DNA of 64,000 bases, taken from Hyaloraphidium curvatum SAG 235-1. Lineage: Eukaryota; Fungi; Monoblepharomycota. The notes beneath the pieces were generated by a model that saw nothing but the letters and a program-made list of their open reading frames with translations, was not told the DNA's origin and made no database searches. Positions within the stretch are counted from its first letter, which is position 1; each line of letters begins with the position of its first letter. Of this stretch, positions 27,738 to 39,407 are shown in pieces. The stretch covers positions 806,001 to 870,000 of the forward strand of contig JAIVFI010000002.1 in the NCBI GenBank assembly GCA_025558095.1. Reading direction: 5' to 3'. Position numbers and translations under genes: made by a program.

Positions 27738-27860
27738 ACTCATTAGGAGTATTGTACGTTCGATATACCCTGAATACCACTCTGTCGCTGGCAAGGATCA
27801 GCTCGCGGCCGCGATCGACTGACTGACTGCGTCTCAAAAGCCTTGGGGCCCCCGGGCCCT

Positions 27861-27868
27861 CTATAAAT
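27861..27868 (+). promoter_or_regulatory. TATA-like box upstream of SMU1
   Basis: CTATAAAT in GC-rich context ~10 nt before the ATG (unusually close). Confidence 0.25.
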
Positions 27869-27877
27869 CGTCGGCTG

Positions 27878-29852
27878 ATGGAGATAGAGTCAAGCGAGTG
27901 GGCATTGCTGCTTTTCCTTGTATCTTACAATGCCTGATGAGGGCGATGGAGCGTCGTCCGGCTGATCGAGCAGTTTCTGAAGGAGAACAACCTTCTGCGG
28001 ACTCTGCAAACTCTGCAGGCGAGGACGGCCTTTGTGAGACCGTTCCACGGCACTGATAGACGTGTTCAGGATGAGTCCAGCATCACGCTCAACACGGTGG
28101 ATAGCGTGGAAGGGTTCACGTCGGATATCGAGCACGGACGCTGGGACGCGGTGTTGAGGACGGTTGGACAGCTGCGGCTGCCGAGCAGCAAGCTCCTCGA
28201 CCTCTACGAGCACATCGTGCTGGAGCTCATAGAGATGAAGGAGATTGGGGCTGCACGGTCACTGCTGCGACAGACGGAGCCCATGAACGTGCTCCGTCTT
28301 CATTACCAGGATCGATATCTGCATCTGGAGAGCCTCCTGTCCCGGTCTCATTTCGACGAGAGGGAAGCTTACGGGGACGCACCAAAGGAGGAGCGACGGC
28401 GCGAGATTGCCCGAGGTTCCATCCCCTGCGGGTTGCCGGGAGGCTGTTCTGACATCGGACCCCAGCTTTGGCAAAGGAAGTCACCGTCGTCGCTCCGGCC
28501 AGGCTGCTTTCTTTGCTCGGGCAGGCTATGAAGTGGCAGCACGCGCAGGGCCTCCTTGCTGCCGATACCCCATTCGACCTCTTCAGGGGAAGCGCACAAT
28601 CGGCTTCTGTGGCCGATCGCGTGCCTTCCACGCGGTACCAAAACATCAAGGTAGCTTTGCAGCTTTGCACTGCGTTGGGACCCGCGGTTGGTAACATGTG
28701 GACGGCGGTCCGACCAGTTCTCGAAAAAGCAGCACACCGAGAGCGCGGCGTTCTCGCCGGATGGGCAGTTTCTCGCTGTCGGCGCCGTTGACGGCATAAT
28801 TGAGATCTACAATCACGCGACCGGGAAGCTTAGGAAAGACCTCAAGTACCAAGCAGAGGTACCAGCGCAAACCGGCGTGGTGAACACATGCTGAGTTGGG
28901 CTTCAACAGGGCAACCCCATGTTGATGGAAACCGCAGTTCTGTGTATGGCATTTTCGAGGGATGCCGAGTACCTCGTTTCCGGTGCCCAGGATGGAAACA
29001 TCAAGGTGTGGAAGATAGCGGCTGGCGCAGTTGTGCGCCGATTCTCGGGAGCGCACTCGTTGGGCGTCACGAGCGTGTGCTTCACCAAGGATGGGAGCCA
29101 GGTTCTGAGCGCCAGCTTCGACACTACCGCGAGGTGATCCTCGGCGTGCAGGGGTTTCGCAGTGGAGCTGACTGTTGCATGTGCGAAGGATTCATGGCAT
29201 CAAATCCGGCAAGCTCCTGAAGGAGTTCCGCGGGCATGCTTCCTTCGTCAACGAGGCCATCTTTGCTACCGAGGCGCGCGTTCTGACGTGTGGCAGTGAT
29301 GGCGTGGTCAAGGTAGCGAAGAGCCTCGCTCTTGTCGTCATCCATTTCATCGTCGCTCGCAATCGCAGATCTGGGATGCAAAAGCTTGCACGTGTCTGCA
29401 TAGCGTCGTTTTGAGCGAGGGCGTCGTCGCGCCGCCGGGCACAGCGGGTGTCGGGGTTACCCGCCTGCTGCAACACCCGCGCATGCCGGATCAGGTAGTC
29501 GTGCTGAGCAAGGGTCCGTGGATCCACATCATCGACTCTAGGGGTCAGGTGCTGTGCGGCGGAGCTGATGCCGCGACATCGCTTGACTTTCGCACCGCAG
29601 GTCTCGCGTGCTTTTTCCTTGGCCAAGCAGTGCCCAGCGGGTTTCGTTGCTGGCTCCCTGAGCCAGCGAGGAGACTTGCTCTACCTGGCCGGCGAGGACA
29701 GACAGCTGCATTGCCTCCGACTCGAGACTGGGTCTGTGGACGGCCATCCACTGCAACTGGCCGACTTCGAGCTGATCGGCATGGTGTGCCATCCGTTTGC
29801 GAATGTTCTGGCGGCATGGGATGAGAGCGGCTCTCTCGGACTATGGAAGTAG
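27878..29852 (+). CDS. SMU1: WD40 splicing factor SMU1
   Basis: [67 protein letters not shown]. Confidence 0.95.
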
Positions 29853-29912
29853 CGACGAACGTTTGCTCGATACCCTCGATCCATCGATCCATTGTAATTG
29901 TCCCTGTTCAAT

Positions 29913-31596
29913 TCACTCTCCGGCTTCGTCACCGCCGCTTGGCGCCGTTTCCGTCGCAGCCTCCCCATCTTTCGCAGACGGAGCGCATGCATTGGCATCG
30001 TTGCTGGCTGCCGCACCCTCCCCCTCGACCGCATCCCTGCTGCTCTCGTCACCCGTCGCGCTTCGTGCTTCGTGTCCTCCGGGGTCGTCGTCGCTGCCCT
30101 TGACGTCGTTCGCCGCTTGAGACACTTCCCCTCCGTGGTCCTGTCCGTGCTCATCTCGACGCTCGCCATCCCCAAACCCGGCATCGTGCTCGCTGCCAAT
30201 GTCCACCGAGTCTTCGTCCCCGTCGATGCCGGCATGGCCCTCCCCGTGCGCGCTGCTATGGTCCTCCGCCGCTCTCTCGTCGTCGCCCGAAAGCGAAACG
30301 TCCGGGTTGTGGGCATCATCCGGGCCAGACGCCTCCAGTGCCTTCCAGGGATCATCGAGGAAGGTCTTGCGGAAGTAGCGCCTGACGTCAAACTGGTCCT
30401 CCTGACCGCCTTCCCGACGGTATCCCCTCTGCGACGGACCCCGGCCGTCGCGCCGTTCGTACGGCCCCTGCCGTCTCTGGTCGACCCGCGGACCCCACGG
30501 ACCGCCGCCGTACGGCGGGCCCATTCTTCCGCCCGGACCGCCGCCCCGTCCGGCGCGCGGGTAGCCGCCAAAGGGTCCCATGTCGTCCCGCGGGCGGCGG
30601 AACTGCCCGCCACGATCCGGCCCGTAAGGCTCACGGTACCTGTCTCGGGGGTAGCCGTCGCTTCCGCGCATCCTCTGCGGGAGAGGGTGGCTAAGCTTCG
30701 GTGAGCAACAAATGCCTGCGCGAACCAACCTTTTGAGGCGGCCCAAAATCCCTCGGTGGGCCGTAGTCGCCCCGAGGGCCGCGATCGTAGTACGGGTCCT
30801 GCCACTGGTCCATGCGACCGCGCGGGGGCCGCGGACCGCCGGGCGGCCCGTCGTAGAAACCCGGCCTACGGTCGCCGGGCGGACCTCCGCCGTGATGTCC
30901 TCGCGCCGGCGACGCAGCGGAATCGTTCGGCGGCTGCTGGCCGTGGCCGCTGGGTTCCGCGGGGCCAATCATCCCGGGCTGTTGCGCGGATGGCGGGAAA
31001 ACCAGGTCAGCGTAGCTCTTGGAGGAAAACGCCGGGCTGCTCGGGTCCAGGTTCGGGGGCACGGAGTTTGCGGCGCTGCTGTACGGCTGGCGGCCCCTCG
31101 CCGCGCCGGGGCCTGTGCCCGGGCCCGGCCGATCGAAGCCGCGCGGGGGCCTCGCGTCCGCGTACGGCGGCCTGTCGCGCCCGCCCCTGTCGCTGCGGAA
31201 GCCCGCGCCGGCCTGTGCGTAGGGCAGCTGCTGGCCGTATGCGGGCTGCGGGAACGCCGCGGGCTGCGCGAAGCCGGGCTGCGCGTATGCGTACGCGGGC
31301 GCCGCCTGCTGGCCGTACTGCGCGTACGACTGCGCGTACGGCTGCGCCATCTGCATCTGCATCTGCATCTGCGCGGCCTGCATCTGCGCCTGCGGGTGCG
31401 CGTACGTGCCTGGTTGGAAGCCGAAGAACGCGGCCTGCAGGGCCGCCGGCGGGGCCGCCGGCGTCTGCTGCGCCGCGCCCATCGACGCCGCGTAGTACTG
31501 CTGCTGCACGCTGAGCTGGTCGTAGTAATTTTGCCACGCCGCCGCCGCCGCATCGCCCGCCGCGGGCATCGCCGCCCCGGCGTTCTTGTTGCTCAT
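29913..31596 (-). CDS. Low-complexity Q/P/G/R-rich protein with MPLKIP/TTDN1/SICKLE-like motif
   Basis: YFRKTFLDDPWKAL after RG-rich and QAPY-rich segments; acidic tail; one intron near 30660-30713. Confidence 0.6.
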
Positions 31597-31669
31597 GGTG
31601 GTGGTGTTTGGAGTCGCGCAAGCCGCGTCGCCGCGGCACACACACACCTCCCACCCCTCCCAACCCGCG

Positions 31670-33151
31670 ATGGTATGTCGGCCATTCGATTTGGGGAGAC
31701 AGACCCGTGCCCCGTGCGCACTCCTGTCGGCGCCGCGCATGGTCTGCCCGGGCCCCGGGTGCGGCACGCCCGAGCGCCCAACTCCGCGTGCCCGTCCCGA
31801 TCGGGCTGCGTGTCGGTCGCTCGTGGAGCGGAAGGCTCGAACGACGCGTCAATTGCGGTGACGGTGGCGGGGCGCCGGAGCGGAGGGGGGTTCCACGTCT
31901 GGGGCGGCCGCTCATCCCCGGTTCCGTCGCCAGTCGCTCTTTGGGCTGGGCTCCGTGCCCGCCGACATCGAGATCTCTCTGCTGGGGGAGGACCAGCGGA
32001 AGATGGTGGAAACAAAGGTCGACAAGGACAAGAAGGCCAAGTTTCCCCTCTACTTTGACGGCGACACCGTGGCTGGCAAGGTGTGCCCCTGCGAGCTCCG
32101 TCCCTCTTTGGAGCCCCCGTGGACACCGGTGCTGATTGGAAGCTGTCGTGCCTCGCGCATGGATGGCCCGTAGGCCCAGATCCGGATCCGGGACGGCAAG
32201 AAGCTGGACCACAACGGGATCAAGGTCGAATTCGTCGGCCAGATCGAGCTCTTCTACGACCGCGGCACCCACCACGAGTTTGCGACAATGTCGCAGGAGC
32301 TGGCCAGTCCCGGCGAGTTGCGGCAGACGACGACCTTCGAGTTCGAGTTCAAGAACGTGGAGAAGCAGTACGAGAGCTACTTTGGCATAAATGTGAAGCT
32401 GCGGTGGGTTGTGAACGTTCAAGCGGACCTGCCACGGCCCTGACACGCGCCTCGCGCAGCTACTTCGTCCGGGTCACGGTGGCTCGGCGGCTGTCGGACA
32501 TTGTAAAGGAGAAGGACATCTGGGTCTACTCGTACAAGATGCCGCCAGACACCAACAACTCCATCAAGATGGAGGTCGGCATCGAGGATTGCCTCCACAT
32601 CGAGTTTGAGTACAACAGGAGCAAGTGCGTAGCGCTCCATCTCCTTCCCGATCGGCGGCTCACTCTCCTTGGTAGATACCATTTGAAGGACGTCATCATC
32701 GGCAAAATCTACTTCCTTCTCGTGCGGATAAAGATCAAGCACATGGAGCTCTCCATCATCCGGAGGGAGACGACCGGATCACGTGGGTTCGCCGCGTGCA
32801 GACGCGCCTCGGGGACTGACGCGCGCTGCAGCACCCAACCAGTACAACGAGTCCGAGACGATCACAAAGTTCGAGATCATGGACGGGGCGCCGGCACGGG
32901 GCGAGACGATCCCGATCCGCCTCTTCCTGTCCGGGTTCGAGCTGACGCCGACGTACCGCGACGTCAACAAGAAGTTCTCGACCCGCTACTACCTTAACCT
33001 CGTGTTGATCGACGAGGAGAACCGGAGATATTTCAAGCAGCAGGAAGTGACCTTGTACGTGCCGCCGTCTCCTGCGTTGCGCGTGTGGGCTGAGCGAACG
33101 ATCCCTCCATGCAGCTATCGCCTCAAGGACGGCGAGCAACCAGTCCAATGA
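31670..33151 (+). CDS. VPS26: Retromer subunit VPS26
   Basis: ATG-only first exon; [60 protein letters not shown]. Confidence 0.96.
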
Positions 33152-33294
33152 CGATTGCATTGTTGTGCAGATGTATTCTTTCGCACGGGCGGTTGAACAC
33201 GGTGATCGATTCTTGACCTTCCCTCGGCCGCCCCGCGGACAGGGCAGGGGACAATCGTCCCACACCTTTCTCTCGAAATTCTTTGAGGCCCGCC

Positions 33295-35286
33295 ATGCTC
33301 GCCGGGTCCGCGCCGGATTCGGACGCGGAGATGCACGTCGACGACGTGCCCGAGGGCGACCGGAAGCGGCCCCGGACCGCGGAATCCGAGGGAGCCCCGG
33401 ACCTCGCGGCGTCGCTGTTTCCGGAGCTCGAGGCCGATGCTGCCGTCGGCGCCACGCCCGAGGACATCGAGAACGCCGTGAAGGATTTGAACGAGGACGT
33501 TTTCGCCTGGAGCGACGACGATGGCCCGGAACGGTCCGGTGCCGCGCAGTCGGCGGCGCCGAAACCAAAGCCCGCGCCGCGGCAGGTTACCAAGAAGGAG
33601 GCGGAGGAGGGCAACTTTCTGCAGCTCATGAAGGTCTTTTACGACCGGCTGTTTCCCTTCAAGAAGTACTACCAGTGGCTCAGCTACGGCAACGGTGATC
33701 CCGCCATCCTCGTCTCTCCGGCGCCGCTTACCTGGGCAACGTCTTGGCAGTCCACAAGACGTACTTTCCCCACCGGGAGTTCAGCTTTACCCTATATGGC
33801 GACGTCTACATCCGCTTTCAGTCCTTCAAGGACGTGGAGGAGCTGAAGCATGAAATCATCAGCAAGAATCCCATCAAGATCGATATCGGTGCCGTCTACA
33901 CTGCCAAGGTAGCTCCGGTTGCCATGCATCCGTCACGTTGGTGACGTGTGGTTGGTTGGCGGCAGCCCAAGGACAAGAAGACCCTCCGGCCGGCCGCATT
34001 CGTTCCCGTCGAGAAGGAGCTGGTTTTCGATATCGACATGACGGATTACGACGAGATCCGGACTTGCTGCAGGTTAGCGGTATATTCGTAGGCATCGAGT
34101 GTCGCCTCTGACATTCGGTCCGCGTGTGAAGCGGCGGGAGCATTTGCCTCAAGTGCTGGGATTTCATGACAATCTCGATCAAAATCATCGACGAGATATT
34201 GCGCAACGACTTTGGTTTCCAGCACCTTCTCTGGGTCTACAGTGGTCGCCGTGGAGTTCACTGCTGGATCTGCGATGAGCGCGCCCGGAAGCTTAACGGA
34301 GAGGCGCGGAAAGCCCTCGTCAGCTACGTGGAGGTGGTCAAGGGGGGTGAACAGCAGACGAAGAAGGTCAACCTCCCTGGCAACATGCACCCATCGATTG
34401 CGTGAGTCAGTCGGCTTGATTCGCCGCGCAACGGACTTACGTCCACCAAGGCGGTCGTACGAGATGCTGCGCAAGTTCTTCCCGCGGGTCATTCTCGAGA
34501 ACCAAAACGTCCTTGGCACAAAGGAGAGCTGGACAAAGCTGCTCCAGCTGGTTCCGGACGAAGGTTGGTTCTGACTTGCACCTTGCGGCGCAGACTGACG
34601 GGCTTTCTCAGCTATGCGCATGGTGCTCGACGAGCGGTGGACTGCGAAACAAGCATCGTCGAGGGAACGATGGAGCGAGCTGGAACAGGAGCTGGACGCG
34701 GCATCAACCGGGAAGGTACTCGACAAAAGGCGCGGAAACCGCCCCGAACTCATTGATTTGCCGGACCGAAGAAACGGAGTCTCATGCAGAACACCGAGAG
34801 AGACATCATCTTCCAGTACTGTTATCCGCGACTGGATGACAAGGTCACGACGCAAGTCAACCACTTGCTGAAGAGCCCCTTTTGCGTGCACCCCTCCACA
34901 GGTGGGCCTTGGCTTGGTAGTGGGCTGGCACGCCAAGCTTGACGCGCCGCATCGCAAAGGGCGCGTCTGTGTTCCGATCGTGCCCAGCGAATGCGAGAGT
35001 TTCAATCCGTTCAACGTGCCCACGTTGTCGGACCTGGTGCGGGAAATCAACGAGTACGACGCCGCGCATCCGGTCACCTCGGACGATGCGCCTCGCATTC
35101 CCGGTGGGATCGATACGTATCGCAGACTCATTGGCGCTGATGAGCACCGTCACAGACGTCGACAAGACTTCCCTCAAGCCATACGTCGAGCTTTTCGACA
35201 AGTTCGTGAAGGGTTTGGACGAAAGCGTCCGCAATAGCCTGCGCGCCAAGCGCGCAGACGAGGATCGGAGATCGCTCGCGTTCTAG
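33295..35286 (+). CDS. PRI1: DNA primase small subunit
   Basis: [55 protein letters not shown]. Confidence 0.96.
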
Positions 35287-35310
35287 CTGTAATTCCGGAG
35301 GTGCAGAAAT

Positions 35311-35940
35311 CTACGCCGTCGCGCTGCGCTTGGCGGTCCTCTGCTGCCGCGGTTTTGATGCCTCAAGGTACACGATGCCGTGACTGTCCAACAGCTGCGC
35401 GAGAGACGCCTTCGAGATCCTCAAGCCGCGGAAATTGAGGAGCGCGAGAGTTTGTTCGAAGGCCAACGGCGTGTATGTGAGGATAGCTTCGGAGTATCGT
35501 TCCCGGAGGATTGCGAGCGCGATTTCGACGTCGCTCGCTTTCGGCTCGTCCCCCTCCTCGTCCCCGGAACTGAGTTCGAAATACTCGAGCGAAGACAGAG
35601 ATCCTTCCACGGCATCCGCCGGCTCGCGTTTCTCTGCGGCTCGAGACTCGCCCGCAGTCGCGGTCTTGGCGGGTTTCGCCTTCCTGGTTTTCGCCCGGAG
35701 GTCTGCGGGATCCACTGGGGGTGCCTTGGCTACCAAGTCCATCAGGGAGCTCGACTGGATAGAGTTTAAATCCCCGGCAGCTTTCCAGAGCGGAGGCAGG
35801 GAGCCAGTGCCCCGACACGCGCCAATGTTCCCCGGTCGCAGCGCTGCAGCCGAGCGCTCCAAGGACAGAGCGTGCGCGTCCGCTGGGGGAAGGATTGGCG
35901 GCCGGGGCTGAGTTGCCGCCACCGCCTGCTTCTTCGGCAT
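35311..35940 (-). CDS. SLX4: Small Slx4-like protein (C-terminal Slx1-binding domain)
   Basis: YSEAILTYTPLAFE..L..L...G......L...LDSHGIVY matches the Slx4 C-terminal pattern. Confidence 0.6.
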   Translation of the reverse strand: MPKKQAVAATQPRPPILPPADAHALSLERSAAALRPGNIGACRGTGSLPPLWKAAGDLNSIQSSSLMDLVAKAPPVDPADLRAKTRKAKPAKTATAGESRAAEKREPADAVEGSLSSLEYFELSSGDEEGDEPKASDVEIALAILRERYSEAILTYTPLAFEQTLALLNFRGLRISKASLAQLLDSHGIVYLEASKPRQQRTAKRSATA

Positions 35941-36024
35941 ACAGTAGATTCGAAGAGGGGATCCCCCAGGTGATGAACAAGAGGATGAAGCGCGGCTGGA
36001 CGCGCCCGCGCACACAACACACAC

Positions 36025-36604
36025 ATGCTCCGCCGAGTATGGTGGCACGTCGATGCGGAGGAGAAAATCCTCGGGCGCATGGCCGTCCAAATCGCCACGA
36101 GGCTGATGGGGAAGAACCGGGTCCTCTTTTCACGGGGAGGTCTGTGGGCGGACGCGGCGCCTGGGAGGACCTCTGCTGAACGAGGCCGCCTGGTCCAACT
36201 GCAGCCGACTTGGGGGACTTTGTCGTGGTGACTAACGCGGACAAGGTGATGATGACGGGCAACAGGATGAACACGAAGGTGTACAAGAGCCACACGGGGT
36301 ACCCGGGCGGGTACAAGGAGACGCCGTTCAAGGCGATGGTCGAGAAGCATCCGGAAAAGGTGGGAGGCCACCGGAGCTCCGTACTCGCTGCACCTTCATC
36401 TGCTCGCCGCTCCGGCAGGTTATCCGGTTGGCGGTGCGGAGGATGCTACCGAAAAATCCTACCCGGGAAGTCCGAATGAAGCGGTTGCTCGTGTTCAGCA
36501 GCAACAACCCGCCGCCGGCCACGGTGCTGGAGAATGTGACGAAACGGTTCGACGGACAATCTTTCTCTTCGGCACCACGACCGCCGGCAGCAGCTGCGAC
36601 ATAG
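36025..36604 (+). CDS. MRPL13: Mitochondrial ribosomal protein uL13m
   Basis: RVWWHVDAEEKILGRMA, DLGDFVVVTNA, HTGYPGG, AVRRMLPKN. Confidence 0.92.
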
Positions 36605-36655
36605 ATTGGATGCGTATGTACAGGGAATCTGCTCGGGTATCGCAGTAGCACGACC

Positions 36656-38564
36656 TCATGCGTGCGAAGTAACAAGCTCGAGAATGCCGAGTATCTCCTG
36701 CAGCTCGTGCTCGAGCCGGAGCTCCTCCTGAACCTTGTCCGAGATCTTCCGAATCAGGTCCTCCAGGATTGGTGACTGCCCAATGACGCCGCCGTACATG
36801 TCTGCACACAGCAAGCGACCGTCAGCGGAAGACCGTCCGATCAATGCACTCCTCCCACCGAGAACGACGTTGACAATCTCCACCAAGAGCTTGGTGTACC
36901 GCGGATTGGGCAGGTTCTTCATGAGGAACCGCAGCAAGGGTTCCAGGGAAGCATCGTCCCTGCCCGCGAGCGCTGTCCGCAGACCATCGCGGTAAATGAG
37001 CTCTTCCAAGAGCGACACGATGATGACGGGTGAGCGGTTCTGTAAGCAAATGCAAGCTCAGGGCAAGGCTTCGGACAACAAGAGCGGCCTCATACGCTTC
37101 CAAGAACGGCGTCCAGCGCGCTTGTGTACTGGAAGGACTTGAGGAATCTGTCGTAGTCCTTGAGCTTTGCGCGCCGCACGGTCTCGACCTGAATGTCGTC
37201 CGTCCGCGGCTTGTACACTGGTGTCTTGGTCACGTACATGGTGCCCGAGGTGCCGGCCAGCTTTGTCGAAACGTCCGAAGCGGTCTGCTCTTTTTGTTTG
37301 ATGCTCAAAATGCCAGTCGACATCCCGACGGCGAGATGTGTGTCGTCCGGCTGGGCAGGTTCCACGTCAGGCTCATATGAGGGCGAATCGGCACGAAGAA
37401 ACGCACCGACACTGCCATGCTCAGGAGAGGGGCCTGAAACTTCATGCTGTAGGTGACCTTGTAGTCAACCACGTCGTAGACCTTGACGTGCTGGTCGAGG
37501 CCGGCCGAAAGCAGCCGCGTGTACGTCGAGTCGAAAGCCAGCGATGTGATTGTCTTTTGGTGGTTCATGACCCCCCGGATCTTGTTTCCGCCGCCCAAGA
37601 GATCCCAAACGCGGACCACGTTGCTGCCTGCAGACACCGCGACGCCCCCGTTGGGGAACATTACCACCGACTCTACAGGGTGACCGTGGTTCATCGTCAT
37701 CGAACTTTCCCGAGTCCTCAGGTCCCAAAGCTTGACCGTATGGTCGTAGGAAGACGTCAGAACAAGATTGCTGTTGTCCTCGCAAACCGCGCAGCTCCGG
37801 ACATAGTCCTGGATGTGACGTTTGAGCTTGAAGCGCCACAAGGGCACGTGACGCCGTCCCACCTTGTGCTCCGCGAACGTCGAGACGCACGTCTCTGTCG
37901 GAATATCCCACAGCTTCACCGTCGTGTCATCCGAGGCCGTCAACAGCTGGGTGTTTTGCGACGGCAGAAACCTGACTACGTACGTGGGCCTGGGTTACAA
38001 GCGGATGAGTATTGGCTCCCGTGATGCCGGAGACTGCCATACTTGTCGTGCCCTCTGAAGGTGCGGAGAATGGCTCTGCTCGACAGGTCGAATAGCTGCG
38101 AAAGCAAAGTTGAGAGCGAGAAACGATGCCGCCTGTCGACCCGAGACCGACCTGGACCAGGCCCGTGCTATCGCCCGACGCCATGACCTTTCCATCCCTG
38201 CGAATAGCCGACCCTAGGGCGGTGTCCTTGAATCTGGATATCGTCTTTTTGACAACATGGCTCGAGGAGCTGTATATCTGGACCCTCGTCCCCGCAGTGA
38301 CGGCGAAGTCGTGGGGCGCAGCTTGAGAGAAGTGTATCGAGGTGACTGCCCCCTGCTCTCGGACAGTGATGGCAGACTGTGCAAGAAAAGGGCGGTGCGG
38401 GGTTCCGCGAAGAAGGTTGGCAATGTCGAAAGCTGGGCACATGTGGCAGGCCCTGCCTTGAATCGGCGCCAGAACCGGTCCTCTGCGGTGGCCCGCGTAG
38501 GAGTCTTCGGAACGGGCCTGATCGCCAGCTTCCTGTACGGCTCCGTGGCCCCAGGGGCCGCCAT
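36656..38564 (-). CDS. UTP15: U3 snoRNP WD40 protein UTP15
   Basis: DYVRS, SYDHTVKLWD, NHQKTITSL, ALAGRDD. Confidence 0.93.
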
Positions 38565-38641
38565 TCTCGGCCTGATGGTCTGTTGTTGAATTGTTGACTT
38601 GTCCGCGCCGACCGCCTGACCCCGCCCTTCCAATAGCCACG

Positions 38642-39274
38642 ATGCCGCGCTCGTGGACGCCGCAGGGCCCCAAAATCTTCTTCCCGAACATCATCTTCCG
38701 GATGATCCGGTCGCCGCCCGGCTACCTGCCGAACCAGGTCGTGTTCCGCGTGCCGCCGCACGTCAACAAGCTGGACATCCGCACGTACCTCGAGCGGCTG
38801 TACGGCGTGACCGTCACCGACGTGCGCACGGCAAACTACATGGAGAAGGTCAAATGGAAGGAGCTGGCGCGCGCGACGCGCTCGCTCGTCCGCCGCGAGA
38901 AGCGCGGCATGGGCCTCAGGCCGACGCGCGTGCCGGCCTACAAGCGCGCCATCGTCACGGTCACGGAGGACTTCAGGTGGCCCGATGCACCGGACCCGGA
39001 AAAGGCGGACAGCGCCACGTTGATGGGGGACTTCCAGAAGGAGAAGCGCAAAGAGAGGCTGGCCGAGCGGCGACAGAAGAAGACGCTCGACGCCGAGGCT
39101 GCAGCGGAGCGGAAGGAGGAGGAAAACGCCACAGAGATGCGGCGTTTGATGGAGATGCTCCGCCTGAGCGAGCCGCCGACTGCTCGGGTGAGGGGTGGGG
39201 CGATGCTTGCCGCTCTGCGATCGGGCGCGGACCCGGCCAAAGGCCAGTCGGCGGATAATGAGGCTAGCCCCTGA
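38642..39274 (+). CDS. MRPL23: Mitochondrial ribosomal protein uL23m
   Basis: IFFPN, VFRVPPHVNKLDIRTYLERLYGV, YKRAIV. Confidence 0.88.
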   Translation: MPRSWTPQGPKIFFPNIIFRMIRSPPGYLPNQVVFRVPPHVNKLDIRTYLERLYGVTVTDVRTANYMEKVKWKELARATRSLVRREKRGMGLRPTRVPAYKRAIVTVTEDFRWPDAPDPEKADSATLMGDFQKEKRKERLAERRQKKTLDAEAAAERKEEENATEMRRLMEMLRLSEPPTARVRGGAMLAALRSGADPAKGQSADNEASP

Positions 39275-39407
39275 CGCCATGTAAAGGAACGATGGGGGGA
39301 AGAACGCTAGGTCTGACCAGCTCGTGCACCGCGGTTCACTTCATTGCGACAGAGTAACACGCTCCCAACCGCCCGGGCACTTCCTTCGACCAACGTAACC
39401 CCAAGAC

